DNA from: a virus
IMG/VR virus record: IMGVR_UViG_3300049830_000142
Span: 32,001-96,000 of that record
Direction: 5' to 3' (one strand)
DNA length: 64,000 nucleotides
Below are positions 1 through 8,470 of the stretch, in pieces. Both the position numbers and the translations under genes were made by a program. The notes below the pieces were generated by a model that was not told where the DNA came from, ran no database searches, and saw only the letters and a list, made by a program, of their open reading frames with translations. The first letter of the stretch is position 1, and every line of letters starts with the position of its first letter.

Positions 1-381
1 TTGTGGTTGTTCTTCGCGCTCATCCATATTCTCAAAGTATTCGAGAAAGATTACCAAATCTCCTCGTTGTGTCCAGTTGTCATTTCTATTGATAACTTGG
101 TAGCGCTTAGTGTTATTGTAAAATTCTTGTAAGAGAGTGCGATCTTCGTCGTCAGCACATGGTTTCAGGAATACACACTTATAGACCTGAGTCTTCTCTT
201 CTGCAACTTGATGCTGCCTAATACCCAGCTGAGTCTCGTAAGCATCTATCATCTTCTCAGGGTCAGTGCCTTTGAAAAGATCTCTGACTACTTCGGCTTC
301 AGTCCTAGGCTTCCATTCTAGTTCACTCAATGAACCAGTTAGCATGAAATTTTCTCTTTGTTTGATGTCTTTTGCTTTCAT
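1..381 (-). CDS. hypothetical protein, 3' end off window (MKAKDIKQRENFML...)
   Basis: Hand-translated: ATG at 381 overlaps the TAA of 381..737 (TAATG); open to position 1. Confidence 0.75.
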   Translation of the reverse strand, partial: MKAKDIKQRENFMLTGSLSELEWKPRTEAEVVRDLFKGTDPEKMIDAYETQLGIRQHQVAEEKTQVYKCVFLKPCADDEDRTLLQEFYNNTKRYQVINRNDNWTQRGDLVIFLEYFENMDEREEQPQ

Positions 382-737
382 TAGAGTGTGTTCGGATGTT
401 CAACCTTACCTTGCAAAGACTTGGCAGCTTCCAAATACTGGTCGCGTTCCCTCTGCTTCTTCAGCTGTTGGTTAGTACTATCCTCGTTAGCTAAGTGCCC
501 GGCATACAAACCTGTACCGGCTAGCATACCTACGCCAGCTAATGAAGCTCCATATGCATTAAAAGTATTCTTCAGAGCATTAGGAATGTTAGTGGTCCAC
601 CATGCTAAGTCAGCAGCGCCGCCAGCAGTCTTTTGAAGCTTACCACCTAAATGGTCTTCAAAGTCAGCCAATGACTTTCCGCTCTTAGCCAACTCAATCA
701 TGAGTGCTGTCTTAACTAGTTGTGCACGATCGTTCAT
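381..737 (-). CDS. K-x-A motif protein with Gly/Ala-rich hydrophobic segment, putative internal head protein
   Basis: LVKTA, LQKTAGG; ASLAGVGMLAGTGLYAG; own promoter. Confidence 0.75.
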   Translation of the reverse strand: MNDRAQLVKTALMIELAKSGKSLADFEDHLGGKLQKTAGGAADLAWWTTNIPNALKNTFNAYGASLAGVGMLAGTGLYAGHLANEDSTNQQLKKQRERDQYLEAAKSLQGKVEHPNTL

Positions 738-771
738 ATTAGTATCTTACCTTAAAATTTGTTTGTGTCAA
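738..771 (-). promoter_or_regulatory. sigma70-like promoter, leaderless
   Basis: TTGACA-N16-TAAGAT-N6-ATG(737). Confidence 0.7.
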
Positions 772-1054
772 TTTGGTAACTCTTTGATTTATCATCATAG
801 TTAGCAAATCTAGGCCTATTGATATAGTCGTAAATCAATACTCCAATACCAAACCCTGCTGCAGACAATAGTGTCTGGGCCATTTTACTTAGCTTAGCAT
901 ATTTGGCTGCCGCCAAACCAAGAGCTGCACCACCTACGCCAGACAAAGCCTTTTCCAACTTTCTTTTATTTTCTTCCTTAGAAAGTTCCTGCTTTTGTGA
1001 GCTACCTAGGCCAGTATCACTGTGCGCTAAGTTGATGATTGATTCAATATCCAT
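752..1054 (-). CDS. small membrane protein with two Gly/Ala-rich helices
   Basis: SGVGGAALGLAAA and LLSAAGFGIGVLIY segments; tightly packed with neighbours. Confidence 0.75.
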   Translation of the reverse strand: MDIESIINLAHSDTGLGSSQKQELSKEENKRKLEKALSGVGGAALGLAAAKYAKLSKMAQTLLSAAGFGIGVLIYDYINRPRFANYDDKSKSYQIDTNKF

Positions 1055-2004
1055 TATTTACCTGGAAACATTACTGCTTCTGGGTTGTTGATAGCTTTAG
1101 GCATTACACTACGACCTAGTACATTCATACCAGCCATTAGTCCGCCTGGCAACAACATCCTTTGCGATAGTTTTCCACCCTCTTCATCTTCCTGAGCATT
1201 CTCTTCAGAAGTGTTGATTAGGTTACGCTTAGCTAAGTGGTATAACCCACCCGCACCAGCACCTACAGCGCCAGCACTAAGCATATTAGATAGACCAGGT
1301 CCTATTGCATTCTTTAGACCACCAGACATTTCACCTGTACCTAAGAATGGTTCTGCTGCATTTGGATTTGCGTCGCCGTATTCAGTCACAGCACCGCCTA
1401 TCCTACCCGGAGCAGTCAATAGTTTACCTGGGGCATTAGCCAACCACTGCGCGCCTTGTCCTAAAGCGTGGTTGGCATTATCGAAAAAACCGTCAGCTTC
1501 CTTACTCATATCTTCCAACTCTTGAAGCATGCCTTCTTTGACACTTTCAATGTTGACGTTGATAGGAGCGTGAGGTTGCTTTAACATCGCCTTTGCTTTC
1601 CTTGGTTTAGGAATAGCCTTCCACTTAGCATCACCTTCGTGCCTTAGTGTATAGGTCGGGTTGTCTCTACCTTCTTGTAGAGTAAAATAAATGCTGCCTG
1701 GGTCAGACCTATGAACCTGAGCCTTACCTCTTGAGCTTGCATTAGTATACATGTCTGGCAATGGCACATCAGGCATCTTTTCTAGCTCAGTATCCATGTC
1801 TTGCAGATTCCCTTTGAAGCTGTAAGTGTTGGTACCATCAGAAAGATGTACATGTCCGTCACCCTTAGCAAAGTGCCAAGTAGACTGTGATGTAGTATGC
1901 GGAAATAAATTTCCGTTCTTCATGTCGAAGATGTTTGCTCCCTGCTTGTGCAGTCTAAGCATATCTTCTACACCCTTTGCAAATTCGTCGAGGTGGAGTT
2001 CCAT
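1054..2004 (-). CDS. K-x-A protein: globular N-domain plus C-terminal Gly-zipper module
   Basis: LHKQG, MSKEA; AGAVGAGAGGLY...RMLLPGGLMAG. Confidence 0.8.
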   Translation of the reverse strand: MELHLDEFAKGVEDMLRLHKQGANIFDMKNGNLFPHTTSQSTWHFAKGDGHVHLSDGTNTYSFKGNLQDMDTELEKMPDVPLPDMYTNASSRGKAQVHRSDPGSIYFTLQEGRDNPTYTLRHEGDAKWKAIPKPRKAKAMLKQPHAPINVNIESVKEGMLQELEDMSKEADGFFDNANHALGQGAQWLANAPGKLLTAPGRIGGAVTEYGDANPNAAEPFLGTGEMSGGLKNAIGPGLSNMLSAGAVGAGAGGLYHLAKRNLINTSEENAQEDEEGGKLSQRMLLPGGLMAGMNVLGRSVMPKAINNPEAVMFPGK

Positions 2005-2005
2005 A

Positions 2006-2245
2006 TTAAATAGTAGGTGTAAGCTTTGGAGTACTCAAGTCAAGTTGTTGTCCCATCATACCACCAGCACCTGGCATCATCATACCAGTAGGTGCGCCTA
2101 GAGAGTTACCGGGCATAGCTGGTGTCATTGATGGTGCTGAGCCCATTTGTACGGGTGGAGCAGCTTGACTGAATGACGTATTGGGTTGTTGTGAAAAACC
2201 CATAGCATTAGCTTCCTTCAAAATTTGTGATAAATAGAGCTTCAT
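2006..2245 (-). CDS. short Met/Pro/Gly-rich low-complexity protein
   Basis: ILKEA then M/P/G/Q-rich tract; fills the gap between neighbours exactly. Confidence 0.7.
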   Translation of the reverse strand: MKLYLSQILKEANAMGFSQQPNTSFSQAAPPVQMGSAPSMTPAMPGNSLGAPTGMMMPGAGGMMGQQLDLSTPKLTPTI

Positions 2246-2246
2246 A

Positions 2247-2957
2247 TTACTTAGGCATTTGTGGTGGTTTTACTACAGGGCCTGTTGGTGGGTTAGCAAC
2301 TGGAGCTACAGGAGGTTCAACATGTGGAGGAGGCTCAACTGGAGCAGCACCTGGAGCTGGGCTTGCAGAGGTCGGAGCCGGTTCTGCTTTAGGAGGTGTT
2401 CCACCCGCAGGCTTGTTAAACTGACTCATGAAGTTTTGGTTAGTTCCCATAGCACCTAGACCGGCACCACCTAAACCACCAAGCATCATACCCATCATAG
2501 GGTGTTTCATTAGAGCACCGAGCAATAGCCCAATCAATCCACCACCTACACCACCAGTAGCCATGCCGGACAAAGCGTTCGGATTGGATTTTAAGTAACC
2601 GGAAATACCTTCAGGCATCCACTTCTGCCCTTGTAGCCAATTCTGTGCTTCACCCATACCGCCACCAGTCATACCACTCATATAACTGTTAATGCCACCA
2701 AGCAAACCTTCAGCACCAGCCTTCTTATAGAGTTGGTCACGCATCTGGGATAGACGAATCAATTCCATCGCTACTTTAGTTTTGTAGAGAGGATCCTTAG
2801 ATTCTTCGGCTAACTCATCCCAAGCCGCTGCCCATTTCTCAACGATGTCATCCGCCTCTTTAATGTAGCCCCTCAAAAATGGAATATCGCAGCCGTGTTC
2901 AGCTGCTACTTTAAGGAAGCCTTCCTCAAATTGAATGTACTCTGCTGTCTTGATCAT
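2247..2957 (-). CDS. K-x-A leader protein with Gly zipper and Pro-rich tail
   Basis: FEEGFLKVAA leader; GGVGGGLIGLLLG...MLGGLGGAGLG; PAPGAAPVEPPP tail. Confidence 0.8.
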   Translation of the reverse strand: MIKTAEYIQFEEGFLKVAAEHGCDIPFLRGYIKEADDIVEKWAAAWDELAEESKDPLYKTKVAMELIRLSQMRDQLYKKAGAEGLLGGINSYMSGMTGGGMGEAQNWLQGQKWMPEGISGYLKSNPNALSGMATGGVGGGLIGLLLGALMKHPMMGMMLGGLGGAGLGAMGTNQNFMSQFNKPAGGTPPKAEPAPTSASPAPGAAPVEPPPHVEPPVAPVANPPTGPVVKPPQMPK

Positions 2958-2992
2958 AGTTATATGTTATCTTAAATTATTCTTGCTGCCTA
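2958..2992 (-). promoter_or_regulatory. sigma70-like promoter, leaderless
   Basis: TAGGCA-N17-TAACAT-N6-ATG(2957). Confidence 0.55.
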
Positions 2993-2999
2993 GCTTAAA

Positions 3000-4085
3000 T
3001 TAGTTCCAACCCATGGTGTCGTAAATACCAGGTATTTCTTGCGTAGGTGCTGGTTTAGGCTCCTGGTAAACAGGTTCCTTGATCCCTAGCTCTTTGATCT
3101 TAGCCATGTATTCTTGGTAAGCTCGGTCATTCAGATGCTTGTAGACTGGAGTAGCTAGATCACCAGCACCTGCATTGTTTTTCCAGAAATGAGTGTTACC
3201 ACCTAAAGCAGCCCAACCTGAAGGACTAGTCATAGCTTGCTGAGCTTGAGCGCCAGTATTACTTCTATACCAGCTATACAAATTGTCTAGGCTAGAGTTA
3301 CGAGTCTCAGGATTCATACTCTTGATACCTTCCCTGTTATTCTCTAACCAAGCTGCGTTACCACCGGATTCGTTTACAAAGTCTTGTGCACTTTGAGTTC
3401 CGTGGTTAAGTGCAACCTGACCTGCGGTACCCACGGCTGTTGCTGCTAAAGCTGGACCACCTAACAACATACTTGCCGCTCTACCTCCAACCACTTCAGG
3501 AGCGGCGGTAGCGGCTCCTCTTAACAGACTCTTTCCTAAGATAGGATTACTTGCTGCTGAGGTTAGACCTTTCTGCAACATGTTTTTACCTAGCGTAGGA
3601 ACAGAGCCGAGGAGTTGAGAACCTGAGTCAAGAGCACCACCACCAAATTGTAAAGCTTTGTAACCAGCACCTGCCTGGTTATTAGGATCAAGGGCATCTG
3701 ACATCATGCTTAATCCATTTACTCCTAACATACCACGGTTTAGCCAAGGAGCGACTTTAGAGACACCTGGTAAAGCTTTCATAGAGTTAGCCGCTGCCCA
3801 AGGAACCATTAGCTTCTCTGCACCTTGGTTAGCAAGCTGTGTAGTCTTACCCATAACTGAGTCGGATGGGGCTTCACTGAAATCTGTAGGCTTAGGATCG
3901 TAAGGAGCTTTTGGCATTCCTTTGTTAGCCATAGCATTCAAACCATAACCAGCTAAGCCCAGACCACCAGCCATAGCACCCATTCCTAACGGAGTGGAGT
4001 ACCATGGTTTCTTTTTTTGGGGTTCTACGTTTGCCTGTTTATTCAGCTCAAACAATATACCTTGGTAGAAAGCCGTGTTATTCAT
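3000..4085 (-). CDS. Gly/Ala-rich K-x-A protein, putative ejection/internal protein
   Basis: AFYQGILFELNKQA leader; several Gly/Ala-rich hydrophobic segments. Confidence 0.8.
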   Translation of the reverse strand: MNNTAFYQGILFELNKQANVEPQKKKPWYSTPLGMGAMAGGLGLAGYGLNAMANKGMPKAPYDPKPTDFSEAPSDSVMGKTTQLANQGAEKLMVPWAAANSMKALPGVSKVAPWLNRGMLGVNGLSMMSDALDPNNQAGAGYKALQFGGGALDSGSQLLGSVPTLGKNMLQKGLTSAASNPILGKSLLRGAATAAPEVVGGRAASMLLGGPALAATAVGTAGQVALNHGTQSAQDFVNESGGNAAWLENNREGIKSMNPETRNSSLDNLYSWYRSNTGAQAQQAMTSPSGWAALGGNTHFWKNNAGAGDLATPVYKHLNDRAYQEYMAKIKELGIKEPVYQEPKPAPTQEIPGIYDTMGWN

Positions 4086-4891
4086 GAACGCAATACGTGT
4101 AATGCAACTGCTGACTTAAGCTCTTTATACTTAGTTTCTAGCTCTGGTGGCAAGTTATCAGCGAATTGGATTAGTTCCTTGATTCGATAGTACCATCTGT
4201 CGCCAAGCATAGCTCTTAACGTCATTCTAAAGGTTTCGTCACTTAATTGCAAGCCCTCAACTATCTTCTTTAATCTACGTCTATAACTGTTGGTGTACTG
4301 ATCTATTGTCATACATTTGCCTTGAGTCGGTAATTTCCAGGAATAGAAGAAACGGATATACTTATCTCTGGCTTGTCTAGATAATGGGATATTGCCGATC
4401 AAGTAGTACATATAGGCGTCTTGAGTCTTACGTACTGGTGTCATGAAGATTCGTCCTAAGCCCAGTTCTTCTCCGATAGCCATAAGCTGCTCATTAGATG
4501 TACGCCAAGATTCAGGCAAGGAGTCTTCGTACTTAGCTTTGTATTGTCGGTGGAAGTCGAGGTCAGCTCTCTTCTTAGTTTTGCAATATAACTTGTAATA
4601 GAACTCAGATTGGTCAAAGGCTATCCAATCGAAGGACAAGCTCATCTCAGGCATTTCTACGGCTACGTGAGCGTGCATCTTTCCTTCATCGGCTCTAGTC
4701 ACGACATATACGCCTTTAGGATATAGCAGCTTCAATGTTGAATGTAACTTTGTGATCTTATCACCAAACGCTTTGCTGTCGTAACTTTCCTTTCTAACAG
4801 CCGTGATTAGTATATCACCGATCTGGGCTGGACAGGAAAGTCCCGTGAAGGCTGTTTTTAATTTTTCGACATACTCTTTCCTGTTGTACAT
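4082..4891 (-). CDS. divergent HUH endonuclease (rolling-circle Rep-like)
   Basis: GKMHAHVAV (HUH motif II) after YVVTR; GLGRIFMTPVRKTQDAYMYYL resembles the motif III region. Confidence 0.6.
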   Translation of the reverse strand: MYNRKEYVEKLKTAFTGLSCPAQIGDILITAVRKESYDSKAFGDKITKLHSTLKLLYPKGVYVVTRADEGKMHAHVAVEMPEMSLSFDWIAFDQSEFYYKLYCKTKKRADLDFHRQYKAKYEDSLPESWRTSNEQLMAIGEELGLGRIFMTPVRKTQDAYMYYLIGNIPLSRQARDKYIRFFYSWKLPTQGKCMTIDQYTNSYRRRLKKIVEGLQLSDETFRMTLRAMLGDRWYYRIKELIQFADNLPPELETKYKELKSAVALHVLRS

Positions 4892-4927
4892 GATTGGTTA
4901 ATATACGCTATCTGTTTTTGTTGTCAA
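4892..4927 (-). promoter_or_regulatory. sigma70-like promoter
   Basis: TTGACA-N16-TATATT-N8-ATG(4891). Confidence 0.7.
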
Positions 4928-4939
4928 ATTCTAATAGCT

Positions 4940-4969
4940 AAAAAAAAGGAAAACGGGTAAGGTTTTCCT
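4940..4969 (-). terminator. intrinsic terminator ending the leftward paralog operon
   Basis: 8-bp stem AGGAAAAC/GTTTTCCT followed by a T run on minus. Confidence 0.75.
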
Positions 4970-5003
4970 AGTTAGGTTCTCGGCATTGGGAAGTGCAGAG
5001 AGC

Positions 5004-5339
5004 TTAGAGCAGAAGCTGCCTAAGCAAGTCGTCAGAACTATCGGCTTCACCGGTTCTCTTCTTTATTCCTTTTAGGTGTTTGATAACACCCGACATCGGA
5101 CTAAACATGAGATCATCAGGATAATTCCATCTCTTAGCATTCTCAGCATGCCTAATACGGAATGCTGGGTCTACTATGAGCTGGGTTAGCTTGAGGAAAT
5201 CATCACGAGTCCAACAGCTGCCTTTTACACTTAGGTTCTCTAAAGTGTAATTGTTCAGTTGTTGGATGAGTTTTAGTTTAGTAAGAGAGTCAGAATTAAA
5301 GAGGAGAGTAGTGTTAAGTTTAGGAGTGGTCTTGGCCAT
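5004..5339 (-). CDS. hypothetical protein, weak paralog of the two upstream genes
   Basis: Start moved to MAKTTPK (5339) because 5341-5475 is a separate gene; LTKLKLIQQL and DDLLRQLL motifs. Confidence 0.7.
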   Translation of the reverse strand: MAKTTPKLNTTLLFNSDSLTKLKLIQQLNNYTLENLSVKGSCWTRDDFLKLTQLIVDPAFRIRHAENAKRWNYPDDLMFSPMSGVIKHLKGIKKRTGEADSSDDLLRQLLL

Positions 5340-5340
5340 G

Positions 5341-5475
5341 TTAGATGTCGTCGAATACGTGTTTGTCTCCCGTAGCATCCTTTTCAGAATACACAGGTCT
5401 TTTGGAGCCGAAGAAGTAGAGACATAGATAGACTATGACTACGACGGCGATAGTGATAACCAGTATTGTTTTCAT
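5341..5475 (-). CDS. 44-aa single-pass membrane protein (not in ORF track)
   Basis: MKTILVITIAVVVIVYLCLYFFGSKRP...; ATGA overlap with upstream stop. Confidence 0.75.
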   Translation of the reverse strand: MKTILVITIAVVVIVYLCLYFFGSKRPVYSEKDATGDKHVFDDI

Positions 5476-5843
5476 TTCATCAATTGTTTGATTAGTTGTA
5501 GATCGTCTAGGCTAATAGACAATCTTAGTTGTTCAGTGCGAGAGTTGTTGTGATAATAAGTAGCGCAGTAATCTTGGACAACCATGCATTCTTTGATAGT
5601 GTTGCATTGCTTCAGCTTAGTTAAGAAGCGTACCATAGCTAGTCCTCGACCGTCAGGTATCTCAAAGGCCCAGGAGGCAGCTTTAGGATCCATTATGAAC
5701 GCGTTTAGTCTCAAGAAGTCATACAGGATGCTCCAGCTATACAAGAAGCTCTGAGAAGCTTTGGTGACAGCATGGATAGTCCTAAGCTTCATCTCAGGAC
5801 TAAGATTCTGGATGTACTCAATGTTGAAGGTTTCGTTGTTCAT
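5472..5843 (-). CDS. hypothetical protein, paralog family
   Basis: FNIEYIQNLSPEMKLRTIHAVTK; RFLTKLKQ. Confidence 0.75.
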   Translation of the reverse strand: MNNETFNIEYIQNLSPEMKLRTIHAVTKASQSFLYSWSILYDFLRLNAFIMDPKAASWAFEIPDGRGLAMVRFLTKLKQCNTIKECMVVQDYCATYYHNNSRTEQLRLSISLDDLQLIKQLMK

Positions 5844-6270
5844 CGGTTAGGATTATGGTTTGAAGACGTTGCAGATCTATCTCTGAAGGAAAGATGTATG
5901 TGAGCTGGGCTTTCTCCCATTCCTGGTCCTTAGAGACGGCTTTGAGATCCTTAGCTCTCTTTAGTTGTCGGAGCTTGATTAGGAAGCGATTGCCTTGTAA
6001 TGAGTCGTCTAATGTTATTCCATTAGGATCGTCATAGAAGTCCTGAGCATCTCTACTATTGAAATCATCCTCATCATCAAAAGAGTAGGTACGGATGTCA
6101 GAGTCAGGAGTGGAAAGAGCTCTGATAAGGTTTAGACATGAGGAATAGGCAGTATGGGTATTGATGTAACTGTCTATGGAACTCAGTTTGGTTAGGGTGC
6201 TGATAAGTCTCATTCTTTCATCAAAGGAAAGGGACTTGATAGAGGGGATATTGAAGAATGGTTTTGGCAT
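5818..6270 (-). CDS. hypothetical protein, paralog family
   Basis: FNIPSIKSLSFDERMRLISTLTK; RFLIKLRQ. Confidence 0.75.
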   Translation of the reverse strand: MPKPFFNIPSIKSLSFDERMRLISTLTKLSSIDSYINTHTAYSSCLNLIRALSTPDSDIRTYSFDDEDDFNSRDAQDFYDDPNGITLDDSLQGNRFLIKLRQLKRAKDLKAVSKDQEWEKAQLTYIFPSEIDLQRLQTIILTDEQRNLQH

Positions 6271-6349
6271 GAGATTAGTACTGGGAAGGGGAATGTGGTA
6301 ATAAAGGTAAAGACGAATCCTCTACTACTAATATCTAAAAAATTGGACT

Positions 6350-6565
6350 TATACGACTCATCACCTCTCCCAACGACTGGGTAAGCAACCATTGCTGGTC
6401 GCCTACCCTTTATCGTCGGGATACTTGGTTAGACTGAGGAACCGTAGCAGGAGATGGTGGACAGAGGTTTTGACACCCCCGCCCACCAATCCCTTCTGCA
6501 ACGCAGAACTCAAGGCTTGCGCCGAGCTCTGCTAGGAGGTCTAACCAAGGACTGTGAGGACTCCC
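6350..6565 (-). ncRNA. candidate structured non-coding RNA, unassigned family
   Basis: Nested helices incl. perfect 11-bp 6424-6434/6539-6549 and 13-bp hairpin 6379-6408; two GCAA tetraloops and G-U pairs on minus. Confidence 0.65.
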
Positions 6566-6573
6566 CGGTAAAT

Positions 6574-6729
6574 TTACTTCGCAGAAGGAGTTACCGTATG
6601 TGCCGTATGGGTCTTGATGATCCCAGGCTGCGCGTCGTTTTGGGGGTTCAGATTGCCCGGATTACGAATAACCCAGCCACCGGCGAACCCACACAGGAGC
6701 ATTATTGAGGCGATAACCGTGAATTTCAT
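6574..6729 (-). CDS. 51-aa protein with N-terminal hydrophobic segment (not in ORF track)
   Basis: MKFTVIASIMLLCGFAGGWVIRNPG...SAK*. Confidence 0.6.
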   Translation of the reverse strand: MKFTVIASIMLLCGFAGGWVIRNPGNLNPQNDAQPGIIKTHTAHTVTPSAK

Positions 6730-6779
6730 GGTCTTAATATTTTCTTACATTGTTTATGTTGCAGTTGGCAGAATACCTT

Positions 6780-6854
6780 CCCCCGGGCTTGTGAAGGCCC
6801 AGAATACTCTGTCAAGACATTATACCGTGTATTAGCCTAGTTCTGGCCCGGGGG
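6780..6854. repeat. imperfect inverted repeat
   Basis: CCCCCGGGC (6780-6788)/GCCCGGGGG (6846-6854) with inner CCAGAA/TTCTGG. Confidence 0.6.
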
Positions 6855-6969
6855 TGTCTAAACCACATATATGTACGCGATAGGCGATATACCCCTCCCC
6901 CTAAGCTTATAATCGGAAATCAAGGTATAATGAATTGAGAAGGGCTTTTATAGCCTAGAAAATTAAAGT

Positions 6970-7131
6970 ATGTCAAATACCCCTCCCCCTGCAAAGGTGG
7001 CCTCGTCCGATCCTTTGTTTGGTCTACGCCCCGACGAAATTAACATCTGCATGATAGACCCTAAGTTACGGGAGAAGGTCTTTCATGCTCTAAACAATCC
7101 CCCTCCCGTAGAAAGCAAAAAAACGACATGA
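6970..7131 (+). CDS. 53-aa hypothetical protein (not in ORF track)
   Basis: MSNTPPPAKV...SKKTT*; ATGA overlap with 7128. Confidence 0.6.
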   Translation: MSNTPPPAKVASSDPLFGLRPDEINICMIDPKLREKVFHALNNPPPVESKKTT

Positions 7132-7406
7132 ATAAACTAATGCGGAGGTTAGCGAGACCTTCAACATATTTCATACTCGCAGCAGTATTAATGATTATGC
7201 TGCTTACTCCTCACAGCGACTATACGCACTCCTATCCTCATACCTTGTCCGGGTTGATAGGTTTGTGGTTATCTATAGTCTTACTGCTCTCCGGTATTTG
7301 GTTGGACAACAGCCTGAACATCACTCCTAAACATAAATTGCCTCATATGACATGCTTATTTGTGGGATTTGCTGTCATCGAAACAATCCTCCACTACTGC
7401 AACTAA
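7128..7406 (+). CDS. small multi-pass membrane protein
   Basis: Three hydrophobic segments. Confidence 0.7.
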   Translation: MNKLMRRLARPSTYFILAAVLMIMLLTPHSDYTHSYPHTLSGLIGLWLSIVLLLSGIWLDNSLNITPKHKLPHMTCLFVGFAVIETILHYCN

Positions 7407-7430
7407 ACAACAACCAAAAAAACTAAACTT

Positions 7431-7781
7431 ATGTCTGCATATCAGTTCAATTATAATGGTCATCTCCTTCCAATCAATCAACGCGACGTTGGCCGCCGCC
7501 CGCTTAGCAACAGTGCTACTGTTAACAACTTACCTGTTCACGCAGTTCCTAACCGGCCTGTCTTAAAGCTGTCATCCATTACAATGTATGGACTTTCGGT
7601 TCGTGAAGGTAAGGTTACACGATACGTTGCAGTAGTCATTGGCCACTACGAGCAAGGTGTTCATATTGAAAAACGTTACGCCGATGATGTTCCGGCTGGG
7701 AATGACCTTCCGCAAGAAATCCTCATGCCATTACAGTTTCATGAAACTGTGCCAGTAGCTGTGCAAGTTCGCCGCGCTTAA
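7431..7781 (+). CDS. hypothetical protein
   Basis: ORF with A-rich leader in a co-oriented early cluster. Confidence 0.7.
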   Translation: MSAYQFNYNGHLLPINQRDVGRRPLSNSATVNNLPVHAVPNRPVLKLSSITMYGLSVREGKVTRYVAVVIGHYEQGVHIEKRYADDVPAGNDLPQEILMPLQFHETVPVAVQVRRA

Positions 7782-7785
7782 ACAA

Positions 7786-7815
7786 TTGGAAGGATGGCTG
7801 ACACCATCCTTCCAA
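7786..7815. other. perfect 12-bp intergenic hairpin (terminator or mRNA processing/stability site)
   Basis: TTGGAAGGATGG-ctgaca-CCATCCTTCCAA. Confidence 0.6.
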
Positions 7816-7834
7816 CAACCTAAAAAAATTAATT

Positions 7835-8041
7835 ATGAAAGCAATCTTACTTCTACTAAAAATTGTTGGTGTCGTGTTAATGGCTTGAGGTTTTGTGGCT
7901 TTTGTGTATGGCCTAAACGCTGTTTTGGGCCTACCTAAACTGCCACTTGATACCTGTGTGTTCTATCTCGGCCAAGGGTTTGTCCTAATACTGTTTGGTT
8001 GCCTTTGTTGGGGACGAGGCCAACCTAAAAATAAGTTATGA
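7835..8041 (+). pseudogene. membrane protein gene interrupted by in-frame TGA (7886-7888)
   Basis: MKAILLLLKIVGVVLMA*GFVAFVYGLNAVLG...KNKL*; ends in ATGA overlap with 8038. Confidence 0.6.
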
Positions 8042-8463
8042 TCAACATCCGACTGAAGTTCTCGGCAGAAGATTTGCGCCGCATTCAACAGGCTGTCAAG
8101 ACTGACAATCCTGCCTTAATACCGTTCAACCAGAATTACGTGACTCTAGTGCACGCAGCTACGGAGGAAGATTTGGCAAAATGGAAACCGCTCCTACAGC
8201 CTTCACGAATGGTTGTCATGTTTCTGTGCAATGTTCACTGGAATCCTGCTTTGCAATGTGTTTCAGTTTCATGGCATGGTCAGGACTTGCATGACATGTT
8301 TGCACCAGGCGCTAATCACATTCTTCCTTTACGTGGTGTTAAAGGCACCTATATCACCGACTGTCAGACGATGGTCGAAACTCCAGGCGGCTTTGACACA
8401 GCAGAAGCGTTTCATGTAACGTTCATGGGATATGTCATTGCTGAAGCCACTAACCTCAACTAA
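8038..8463 (+). CDS. hypothetical protein
   Basis: ORF coupled to upstream gene. Confidence 0.7.
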   Translation: MINIRLKFSAEDLRRIQQAVKTDNPALIPFNQNYVTLVHAATEEDLAKWKPLLQPSRMVVMFLCNVHWNPALQCVSVSWHGQDLHDMFAPGANHILPLRGVKGTYITDCQTMVETPGGFDTAEAFHVTFMGYVIAEATNLN

Positions 8464-8470
8464 ACAAAAA

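Noticed and set aside
6454-6490. TCCACCA on minus after a short stem-loop, like a tRNA/tmRNA 3' end
   Set aside because: No TTCRA T-loop or full acceptor geometry; it pairs locally as one hairpin of the larger structure
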